64,000 bases of DNA, from positions 1 to 64,000 of the forward strand of contig NW_026936106.1 of the NCBI RefSeq assembly GCF_032062105.1. Direction: 5' to 3'. Shown here in pieces: positions 26,701-36,308 of this stretch. How positions within the stretch are numbered: the first letter of the stretch is position 1; every line of letters begins with the position of its first letter. A program made the translations under genes and the position numbers. Source of the DNA: Saccostrea cucullata (taxonomy: Eukaryota). The notes under the pieces are model-generated. The model saw only the letters and a list, made by a program, of their open reading frames with translations, searched no databases and had not been told where the DNA came from.

Positions 26701-29270
26701 CCTTAATTCTAAGACTACAGTATTTCTAAGTACAAAATTCGGTTTTACTGCAGGTGTCACAACAGTATTAATTTCTGCTATATATTCTTACCAAAAATGC
26801 GCAAGTTTGAGCAGATGTAACTAATTCAAAACAAACTTCTGAGAAGTTTCCTTTTCAGATCTTGTAAAACCATTCTTTATAAAGATTTTAGTACCAAAAA
26901 ATACATAGCCATCCAGCAAGGCACGCAAGTTTGTTTCGGTCGAAGTCGAGCAGGTGCTTGAAAATCTAGTCCAGGGCCTAATCACACCCCACTCTTGACA
27001 GTATACAGAAAAATCAGCACGCCCTAAATTTTAATAAATCTGGTCAATACAGGAAGTTTACATGTTGTTTTTCATCTCATAAAAAAATTCAGCTCCAGTC
27101 TCATATCAAAATGCCCGAATCGGAAGGGAAGATTCTGGGATTATTTTTCGTCAGCCATGATTTGACGTGAACCAAAGTGTAATACTGTTATGACACCTAT
27201 AAGCCCTATGTTGACCAAACTGGCATTGATGATACATCTAAGGATGCACACTACCAGGCTTGCTTCGGATGTTGAATCTGACCTACATTTTCTGGAGTGA
27301 GTGAACAGGTTAAATATTTTGGTGCAGGTTTCATTTCCAAGTAACTATGAGCTCTTTAATGACCAAACTTGCATGGATGATACATCTAAGGATGCATTCT
27401 ACCAGGCTGGCTTTGGTTGCTGAATCAGAACTACATTTTCTGGATGAGTGAAGAGGTTAAATTTTTATGCAGGTTTTATTTCCAAGTAACTATGAACCCT
27501 ACAGTTGAGCAAACTTGCATGGATGATACATCTTAGGATGCACACTAATGGACTTGCTCCGGATGCTGAATTCGACATATATTTTCCAGAAATGGACCTC
27601 GTAAAAGTTATTGGTGCAGGTCTATTACCAAGAAACTCTAAAGCTTATATAAACCAATCTTGCACAAATGATGCATCAAGGGATGAAAACTCTCAAACTT
27701 GCGTCAGATGCTGAATTTTAATCACATTTTCATGATGAAGATTGAAGAACTAGGTTGAAGTTTTTATATACGTCTATTCCAAAGTATCAGATCAAAATTG
27801 CATACATTTTGCATTTTTGGATGTACACTCTTTGTTGAGTAATTGTGTGACTTTGCCTTACTTAAAGACAACATTCATTGAGATGAGCTCTGTAATTTTC
27901 TGATTACCAGTAACCTATGTTTATTTCATTAAATCAATCATAATCTATCTACATGTCTGCATTATTTCCATAATTTATAGTTGAATATTTTCATTTTTGA
28001 TACCATACAAATTGACAGTGTTTTAAAATTTACCAAAATAGCAAATTTTGACTCTGTCCTCTTTTCTGTTGAATCATGTAGAGTATCTTTATATTGAAAT
28101 AGGTACTGCAGTATCAGATTTGAAGAGAAAGTTATCAACAGATTCTGATGAACAGACAATAAAAAGAAAAAGAAATGAAGATACAAGTGGAACAAAGACT
28201 TTGATCAACAATAAGGCTTCAAATTCTACACAAATTCAAGAGAGCAATCACTCTCAAGCAAATAGAAAAACCACTCTCTCCTCTCCTCATTTCGATTCTG
28301 CAGCATCTCAAAAATTAACGGCTGCTAATGGAAATAAACTGGTGCACCCACAAAATGTGATCAATTCATTACATCGTAACAAACACATAAAAGATAATAA
28401 AAGAGACAGTAAAGCATTAGTGCAACAAAGACGATCATCAGAGGCTATGGGATCGGGTACCAGTAAAATTCCAGCTGGTCAGAGTACCAGTAAAATCCCG
28501 CTCTGTCCAGGTCACAGTAAGCCCTGCTCTATGACACAAACTAGGAAGAAGGGAGATAACTTCCTCCGATGGTTCTTTACATGTGGGGTCTATCCAAGGG
28601 CTAAGCAGTGCAAGTTCTTTAAGGTAAAATCAAAAATGTAAATTCACACTGTTCAGTAAGTTTTAAATGTTATTTTTTGTTTACAAGGTTTGTTTGTTGA
28701 TTTTGATAAGCATTCTATGCCTGAAAGGTGACTCAATGGCAGTGTTCTGCTGTTCAATCATCTTTCCAGATTTTTCAGTAACTATTCGATCAGTTGTCTG
28801 ACAGGAGCAGTTTTATCCTTTGTTAACGAGGCTGGGGCGTGGCAGCCATTTTCAGAGTATTTTGATCTCCTTTAAAAGAAGAGCTACATATAAAGATATA
28901 CAAAAATGATCAAATTTTAAACCTAAAATGTATGAATTTTTTCTTTGCCAAATGATAGTTGACAGCTTAAGATACAGTATCTAAAAAAATAAGTTAAATC
29001 TGGTGGTTAATTTGTGGTTAATTTGTTGACCCCCCAGCCTCCTTAATTACTGTGTTTTTTGTTTATTCATTACAATATTTCAAGTTCTTTATGAAGTTGT
29101 TTGTCTTTTAGTGGGCTGATGAGAGTTTTCCTATCTGTCCAACCCATGGAAAACCAGCCGCATTCAGAACAGTCCTAAAAGAGGGACCAAACAATGGGAA
29201 AAAATTCTTTGCTTGTCCACTACCAAAACAGAAGCAGTGCGGATTCTTTGAGTGGGCGGAGGGTTTCTAA
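17682..29270 (+). CDS. NEIL3: Endonuclease VIII-like 3 DNA glycosylase, 10 exons, 1710 nt / 569 aa. Exons: 17682-17780, 19277-19398, 19631-19774, 20171-20348, 21467-21502, 21768-21842, 22328-22494, 24188-24396, 28103-28623, 29112-29270
   Basis: MVEGPGC start (Val2 nucleophile), TLGKELFMYF, H2TH LLDQTILPGVGNIIKNEALFDSG, Fpg zinc finger, RanBP2 zinc finger, two GRF zinc fingers; all introns GT-AG with consistent phases; AATAAA at 29360. Confidence 0.96.
18290..18672 (+). mobile_element. Helitron/HINE-like non-autonomous element remnant with internal tandem units
   Basis: Three gcttagaatc(a/g)tcaa... units and a 3' hairpin aaggcccttgggcct followed by cttgt. Confidence 0.55.
18724..18832. repeat. 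Palindromic hairpin element
   Basis: ggaaatagtaaatttatg...ggaaactatttccc / gggaaatagtttcc...cataaatttgctatttcc. Confidence 0.75.
19277..19398 (+). CDS. NEIL3: NEIL3 exon 2 (VQTLGKELFMYFG)
   Basis: ccag acceptor, gtaaaa donor. Confidence 0.92.
19631..19774 (+). CDS. NEIL3: NEIL3 exon 3 (VHFLMAGSFRVN)
   Basis: acag acceptor, gtggga donor, phase 2/2. Confidence 0.9.
20171..20348 (+). CDS. NEIL3: NEIL3 exon 4 (H2TH)
   Basis: LDICSP...LLDQTILPGVGNIIKNE. Confidence 0.93.
21467..21502 (+). CDS. NEIL3: NEIL3 exon 5 (36 nt, ALFDSGIKPNSK)
   Basis: gtag acceptor, gtaagg donor; continues the H2TH motif. Confidence 0.88.
21768..21842 (+). CDS. NEIL3: NEIL3 exon 6 (LVKMTRDFSLIFYK)
   Basis: ttttcag acceptor, gtggga donor. 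Confidence 0.9.
22328..22494 (+). CDS. NEIL3: NEIL3 exon 7 (Fpg-type zinc finger CSQC...YCPICQ)
   Basis: ttag acceptor, gtgagt donor. Confidence 0.92.
22540..24058. mobile_element. Non-autonomous DNA transposon, GGCC termini, 3-bp TGA TSD (PIF/Harbinger-like)
   Basis: tga|ggcc...aaaatatctttgtttc...ccgaccc versus gggtcggtcgcgaaacaaaggtattttt...ggcc|tga. Confidence 0.7.
24188..24396 (+). CDS. NEIL3: NEIL3 exon 8 (RanBP2 zinc finger WTCEVCTLIN...CEAC)
   Basis: gacag acceptor, gtaagg donor. Confidence 0.92.
24560..25385. mobile_element. Degenerate TIR element nested in NEIL3 intron 8 (ends approximate)
   Basis: acgtcgcacacaaaattggggct versus agccccaatactatgcgcgacgt inverted match. Confidence 0.4.
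25458..27199. mobile_element. Composite: two direct 449-bp MITE copies (25458-25906, 26751-27199) flanking 844 bp, outer TA TSD (Tc1/mariner-like)
   Basis: Each copy has TIRs caggtgtcacaacagtatta / taatactgttatgacacct(g/a); removing the whole restores aactaTAagccc. Confidence 0.8.
28103..28623 (+). CDS. NEIL3: NEIL3 exon 9 (disordered linker and GRF zinc finger 1)
   Basis: PLCPGH...KKGDNFLRWFFTC...CKFFK. Confidence 0.9.
29112..29270 (+). CDS. NEIL3: NEIL3 exon 10 (GRF zinc finger 2, stop)
   Basis: WADESFPICPTHGK...KEGPNNGKKFFACP...CGFFEWA. Confidence 0.93.
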   Translation, partial: WADESFPICPTHGKPAAFRTVLKEGPNNGKKFFACPLPKQKQCGFFEWAEGF

Positions 29271-29679
29271 TTTTCGAAGAAAAAGAAGACTTTGTATTAT
29301 TGTTATATACAATGTACATCGATACATTGTGTTGCTTTCCATTAAATGTTTGGATGTGCAATAAAATTTTTACATGTATATTTTGATTTTTGTTGTTGTC
29401 CAAATTTGTAAGATCTTTTAAAATCATGATAAAATCTTGTACCAAGTAATATGTGTATAGTAAACAAGAAGTTCTATAGATTTTACTGCAGATTTTGGAT
29501 CTTGAGGTTGGTATAGGGAGTGTTTTTTTAATGATAAGTTAAAGATATATTTAAGGTGGGATCAGGTGCCTATGAGGAGTTTGCATGGTCAAGACAACGG
29601 AACATTCCTTAGTCAAAGGACAAGGTAGGGTAGTGGCCGAATCGGGCCCCTTATTTGATGTAAAAATCAGAACACTAGT

Positions 29680-29970
29680 GTCGCCCTTCTGGTGCAGTGG
29701 TTGGAGCGTCTGCTCCTGAGTTGCGAAGTAAGGAGTTCATCCTTACATTGATGGTTCGAATCCCACTGTGGGACGTGGAGACCGGTCCTGCGGACGAGAC
29801 TGTATAAACCATGGTCCAGTGTCACAGTAGGTGCTGCATGAAAAAGATCCCTCCCTGCTCAATGGCCCTGAGTGCCAAGTATAAGACAAAACTTGCAGCT
29901 CTCAACAGGCAAATGGTGGCGTCTCCATATGAGTTAAAAATATTCTCGAGAGGGACATTCAACAATATAC
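29680..29970 (+). mobile_element. tRNA-derived SINE
   Basis: A box tggtgcagtgg, B box ggttcgaatccc, 3' part shared with fragments at ~12120, 20355 and 23650. Confidence 0.75.
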
Positions 29971-30317
29971 ACTATACATGGAGGCCACAAGACCAAATTT
30001 CCTCAATTCTGGTGGAATTTCAGCATATTTGAGACACTTTTCTCATAGCATAGAGCGCAAGCTTCCTATCAGATGTTTACATTTAAACTGCCTCTGATAC
30101 AAGTGTATAAGATATATAAATTTGGTAGATAGGCAAGCTTGTGCTCTATGTTTTCCGAAACAAAATGTGCTGTAAAATCGATGAAAATTTGCATAAAAAT
30201 GAGAAATTTCGAAAATTGACCTATTTTCTGACCTCTCTATGACCTATATGTACATGTATTCCAAAACTTAAGACCAATACTCATTTTGCTGCAAGGACGA
30301 CAACAGATTGTTATTAA

Positions 30318-30979
30318 CAGGTCCAGTACAATCAGTACATTTAGCTACGTAGGTAGAATTACCTACGTAGCTTTATTTACCTACCTCAGGTAGCTTTTTT
30401 TAGCTATTTCAATGTAACTTTTCTTTTTATGGAAAAGAGACAAAAAATCGCAGTTAAATGACTATTGATGTTTATACTAGGGAGACTTTAAAAAACAATC
30501 CAAAGCAGAGATAGTTTAAACATTGCTGCGTTTGGTCTATTTAGAGCAAAACATGTAATTCCATTGTTTGGTTATCTGTCTGTGCGGTGAGGCATGACTG
30601 AGTATGATTACTTTACATTGTGCTGAATAATTGCCGACCTATTATCATGTTAACCAGAACTGGACTTCTTTGTCATTTCATTCATGTAGTAACTGCTCTA
30701 ACTGTCATACATAGCCCCAAACCTTTCAGAACTTTGATTGCAATTGCGCAGAAAAAGACATTTCTTCAAGAGGGAATTTTTCATGAATTGTTTTCAGATG
30801 AGTTCAAAGTTGAAAATGATCACTGCATCAATATGATAGTTTTTGCACACCATGAGAAAAATTGATTTTTTGTAGAATAAATTCATTTGGTAGCTAAATC
30901 AAGCTACCTGGGGTAGGTAAATAAAGCTACGTAGGTAATTCTACCTACGTAGCTAAATGTACTGATTGTACTGGACCTG
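30318..30979. mobile_element. MITE with ~80-bp TIRs (caggtccagtacaatcagtac...), candidate 5-bp TSD ATTAA
   Basis: Near-perfect TIRs, each containing an internal palindrome agctacgtaggta...tacctacgtagct. Confidence 0.85.
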
Positions 30980-30992
30980 ATTAATAAACAGT

Positions 30993-31519
30993 TGTGGCGA
31001 CTGTCTATCAGTTTCTTGAATGATCACACAGGTTTTTCCTTTTTCCATTTTATATACATATGCAAACATATAAACAGTACAAAAACAAACATACATTAGA
31101 CTGAAAGTAAGAAACATGCCACATTGGAAATAGTTACAACATACATATTATCTCAAAATCCTAGAAATATGTGTCTACTACTGCACAAGCTCTTCTATTA
31201 AGTCTACCTTTTACCTTAATTCTACAAGTGACTGAAATCTATATCAAAAACTTTAATTAAACGATCTGACTATCTCTGACTTCTGACGAACGTCTGCTAC
31301 ACTTCTGCTCTACTTATTTCCTGTTTCTAAAACTAGACAAAAGATAAACAAACGGACAAAAACGGAAACGGACTAAAAAATACACCATAAACTCTGACCT
31401 GACAAAAACGGACACATAAATAATTACACTTATGACATACAATAACAATGTCAGAAAATCATAATAAAATAGAAATGAATAGGAAATTAAACATTGTTAA
31501 TGTTAACACATTCACAACA
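30993..31519 (-). repeat. 3'-terminal LTR (527 bp)
   Basis: tgtggcgac...cacaaca on the + strand; about 6 differences from the LTR at 42005. Confidence 0.93.
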
Positions 31520-31539
31520 CTCCCGCGACCAAAAATGAA

Positions 31540-34500
31540 TCATGGTTTTAACCAATCTTTGATCTTCTCTACTGCTCTACAGGCGGCTCGTCTCTTAGGT
31601 CTCTCTTGTGGTGAGTCTCTAGCATCCGCTTCTGTTTTTGAATTGGTCACCGTGGGATTTTCGGATGAGACACTTTTATCACTTTCGGTACTTTGATCCT
31701 TCCTGTCATTGGACTCTGTTTCCTTTGAACACTCGATCGGATATAAAAGATTTAGTGGCCTATTAAGGGTCTTCTTATTTGGAAGTAAAACCTTTCCGGA
31801 ACGGATCTGTCCATCTCTGCTAACGGTCAGTTCACACACACGTCCTACTTTCCAGGTTCCACGCGGAAGTTCATCTTTAACCAACACCACATCTCCAATC
31901 CTTGGCTCCATACTGTGCTGAATTCTTCCTTCCTTCAGTCTGTATGCTGTTCTTTCTCGCAAACTCAGGAGATAGTCATCTCGCCAGGATTTCCAAAAGG
32001 CATCAAGATGTTTTTGTCCCTTCTTCCATGTCTGTAATAACTTCTCAGCACTGCTGATGTTAGGTAGATACTCTGTGTCCTCTGTATCTTCTTCTTCACT
32101 ATCAGGAATACCAATTTTAGGATTCAGTGTCAGGAAGTGAGCTGGTGTGAGAATTATGTTAGAATTTATGTCATCTCCCACATAAACTAATGGCCTTGAA
32201 TTAACAACTGCCTCAGTCTCTGCTAATAGAGTTCTTAGTTGTTCACTTGTAAGACACAGTTTCCCAATAGTTTTTCGTAGGCATCTCTTCACTACTCCAA
32301 TGAGACGCTCGTAGAAGCCTCCCATCCATGGGGCCAGTTCGACTATGAACTGCCATTTGATATCTTCATTTGCGATATAGCTCTGCACATCTGGATCCCT
32401 GACTGTTGAGGTCCAAATTTTCTCAAGCGCACTACTTGCCAACTTAAACTGGGAAGCATTGTCAGAGATAAGTTCTTTCGGTTTTCCCCATCGAGCAATG
32501 AATCGTCTCAAGCCAAGAAGGAACTCTTCAGTCGACATATCTTGCATAAGCTCGAGATGGATACCTCTGGTGACTAAACATGTGAATAGGCACACCCACA
32601 CTTTCTTGGTCCCAGTGTCTGTTTTCACATAAATAGGGCCGAAGTAGTCGACACCAGTGTAAGTAAATGGCGAAGCCTCATTCACTCTCTTCTTTGGTAA
32701 GGGTGGCATTACAGGCATTCTGTATGGTCCACCTTCATGTCGCTTGCATATACTACAATTCTGCAGTACTCTTCTCACTTGAGAACGTCCTTGAGGAATC
32801 CAATATGTCTGTCGGATTAAGGATAGTGTCTGAGATATTCCAACATGAAGTGATTTCCTGTGGTAACTGTCTATGAGTAGATCTGTCACATGATTTTTCT
32901 TTGGCAGTAAAATTGGTGTTCTAGCTCCTTCGGTCAGGTGTGCAGCTCCAAGTCGACCAACGCATCTTATAATTTTGTCTTCATCCAAAATGAGTCCTAA
33001 TTGGTTAACTAAGTTAAGCCTCTTTCCTTCTGTTAAAGCACTCTTTACTTCTTTATAGTTCTCATTTTGGATACTCCTTATCCAAAGTAACTTTGCCTCA
33101 CTCAGTTCTGTTGCAGTTAATGTACCAGAAAAGGATTTTTCCTTCTTAATTTTACTGATGAATCTAAGTATCCATGCCGATACTCTGACTAATTTAGCAA
33201 AGGACGAAAATTGCTTGTCGTCTAGGCTAAACGGTTTCTTGCATTCAGCAGGAGTGTCCGAGCATCCATGAGGATCCTCCCCCACTAACAGTTTGGTTTC
33301 ATACACTCTAGATTTCTTGTACTCTGAAGCAATAGCTTCACTGTGATTTTCACTCGGAGTTGGATTCCATATCGGCCACTGACTTTTGCTCTCTTTCAGC
33401 CATGCTGGGCCATTCCACCACTGTCTGTTTTCTTGCAATATTTCCACTGTACCACCTCTGGTAGCAATATCTGCTGGATTATCAGTAGAAGCCACATATT
33501 GAAATTCAAGGTCACTGCTCTTCTGAATTTCCTTCACTCTGTTTTCCACAAAAACTGTCAAGGGCTTCTTAGTCTTTATCCAATGTAAGACACACTGTGA
33601 GTCTGTCCAGAGTATTTTCTCACACACTGTTAGTTTTAGTTGACTGTGAACAAAGTTTAGACTCCTTACTCCAATGAGAACTGCTAGAAGTTCGAGACGA
33701 GGCATAGTAATTGTCTTTGTCGGTGCTAGACGAGTCTTGGAAAATACTAAGTTGCTGATGCTTGAATTGGTAGTTGTCATCTGAAGGTAAATGGCAGTCG
33801 CAAATGCTTTTGCAGATGCATCACAAAAACACAAAAGTCTGTAAGACACCTCTCCTGATAGTCCTATATATCTTGGAATCTGACACTTTGGAATCCCTCC
33901 TAAATCTGCTCTTATTTCTCGCCATTGTTGTATATCTTCTTCTGTGAGTGCTTCATCCCACTCAAGATTTTTCTTCCATAGAGTCTGAAGAAAAAATTTT
34001 GCCTTTAAAGTCACAGGTGTGAAAAATCCAAGAGGGTCGAATATTGACGCAACTACTTGGAGTACTTCTCGTTTGGTAACTGGTACTGTCTTACTCATAC
34101 AATTTCCACATGGCACTGAAAGTACATCCTCGATGAGATTCCAAGTCAATCCAAGTATTTTTAACTTTTCTCTAGCTGATTGATCTTCATCTGGTATGGT
34201 CTCATAAAAGTCCTTGGCATTAGATGCCCAATCTCTCAAGTTCATGGACATACTACTGAATATCTCCTTGGCTTCCTTGTATAGAATTTCTGCTTCTTGA
34301 ATGTTATCAACTCCTGTAATAACATTATCTACATAAATATTGTTTCGGATGTTTTCAGCTGTCTTGCTTTCATATGTACTAAGGTGATGGTCAACAGTTG
34401 CCGCAAGTAAGAATGGACTTGAGATCACACCAAAAGGCACTCTGCAAAATCTGTACACTTGTACATTGCTGTCTACTGTAGCCTTGTTAGCATCCTTCAA

Positions 34501-35057
34501 CCAGAAGAATCTAGTAGCATCACGGTCTTCCTCCTGTAAGCCAATTTGCAAGAACGCTTTCTCAATGTCTGCGGTTATTCCTATCTTCTTAAGTCTAAAG
34601 CGCATCAGAAGTCCACATAAATCATGCAGCATCACAGGTCCCCTGTGCAAACACTCATTCAAGCTGGTTTTCTTATGTCCTGACTTAGCCGATGCATCAT
34701 ACACAATCCTTACCTTTGTAGTAGGTTTGGTCAAATCTATCACTGCGTGATGAGGTATATAATGCTTAATACCTGTCTCTCTTTGTTGGGATGGAATTTT
34801 CTCTATAATTCCCTTTTTACACTGGTCCTGAATAATGTCATCATACTTGTGCAGTAAATCAGGGTTACACTGTAACTTGTGAAGTAGTGACTTTAGCCTT
34901 CCATATGCTAGTTCCCGATTTTCTGGTAACTCAGGATATTCTTCTTTCCACGGCCAGGTGACTTGGTATCTTTTGTTTTCCATTTTTAGTGTGCTGTTGA
35001 AATTTTTCAGCGCTTTCTCATCATCTGAAGTGTGGGGAGAATCTTGAATCCCAATAG
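31540..35057 (-). pseudogene. BEL/Pao pol (RT-RNaseH-integrase), 5'-truncated but open
   Basis: YVDN, FCDAS, VDYFGP, SDNA and GGFYERL motifs; homology to the full-length copy stops at 35057. Confidence 0.9.
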
Positions 35058-35119
35058 AATCCAAAGCTCTCCAAACCTGTGTGATCAATGTGGCGACTGT
35101 CTATCAGTTTCTTGAATGA

Positions 35120-35485
35120 TCACACAGGTTTTTTCAGAATTGATAGGTTTTCTTGTAGTGCTTTCTCTAGAATAATCAGCTGATCTGTGTGTTCACTTGC
35201 TTTGGTCAATAAAAGAAACACCTTTTCACTGTCTTCACTAAATTTCTCTTCTTCGCCTTGTTTAAGCTCTTTGTCTTCTATTGCCAATGACCACTTCTCC
35301 ATTGTCTCTTCAAGTTTGGCACTGAATTCCTTTATACGTCTAATTGATGTTTCAACATTTTTTAGGAGAGCCGATGGATCCTCCTCTGAAATGTCGGCCG
35401 TCACAAATTCTTCACTCCTTTTCATCTCTTTATCTATAAGATTCCTGTACCTGGTACAGAGTCCCTTGAGATAGGTCACAGACAT
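35120..35485 (-). pseudogene. BEL/Pao gag N-terminal fragment
   Basis: Matches the first ~120 aa of the 1872-aa ORF, then runs into an LTR U5 piece and stops. Confidence 0.9.
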
Positions 35486-35747
35486 TTTCTTTTAGTTGAG
35501 TCAACACAATACGAAAGCTTTTTGGTTCCCACAACGGCTTCCCGGGTTCCGGCACCAATCAGTTGCAGTCCGCCTTATCTCTTATTTCAAAATTTGCAAA
35601 TGAATTTTTACTGGAAGCATTATGGACATTTTCTGACTGCAGTGCTTTGGATTTCCAAGATTGTTGTGAATGTGTTAACATTAACAATGTTTAATTTATT
35701 TTCTATATTATTTTAATTTATTTATATAAAGTGTAAGATTCAATCAA

Positions 35748-36288
35748 TGTGGCGACTGTCTATCAGTTTCTTGAATGATCACACAGGTTTTTCCTTTTTC
35801 CATTTTATATGCATATGCAAACATATAAACAGTACAAAACAAATATACATTAGACTGAAAGTAAGAAACATGCCACATTGGAAATAGTTACAACATGCAT
35901 ATTATCTCAAAATCCTAGAAATATGTGTCTACTACTGCACAAGCTCTTCTATTAAGTCTACCTTTTACCTTAATTCTACAAGTGACTGAAATCTATATCA
36001 AAAAACTTTAATTAAACGATCTGACTATCTCTGACTTCTGACGAACGTCTGCTACACTTCTGCTCTACTTATTTCCTGTTTCTAAAACTAGACAAAAGAT
36101 AAACAAACGGACAAAAACGGAAAAGGACTAAAAAATACACTATATACTTTAACCTGATAAAAACGGACACATAAACAATTACATTTAGGATATAAAATAC
36201 AATAACAACAATCTTACACTTTATATCAATAAATCAAAATAATATAGAAAATAAATTAAACATTGTTAATGGTGACACATTCACAACA
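35748..36288 (-). repeat. Internal LTR (541 bp, variant U3)
   Basis: TG...CA; U3 half differs from the LTRs at 30993 and 42005. Confidence 0.92.
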
Positions 36289-36308
36289 CTCCCACGACCA
36301 AAATTGAA

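Larger units (their letters stand above)
24441..27920 (+). mobile_element. Helitron/HINE-like element with ~140-bp internal tandem repeats, interrupted by nested DNA transposons
   Basis: tttttagctcacct start, ggcgtc microrepeats, repeated caaacttgcatggatgatacatctaaggatgca units at 27210-27720. Confidence 0.6.

Noticed and set aside
35058-35088. TTG start of the 1182-aa ORF as a genuine separate pol gene
   Set aside because: The first 11 codons come from the rearrangement patch, with stops just upstream.
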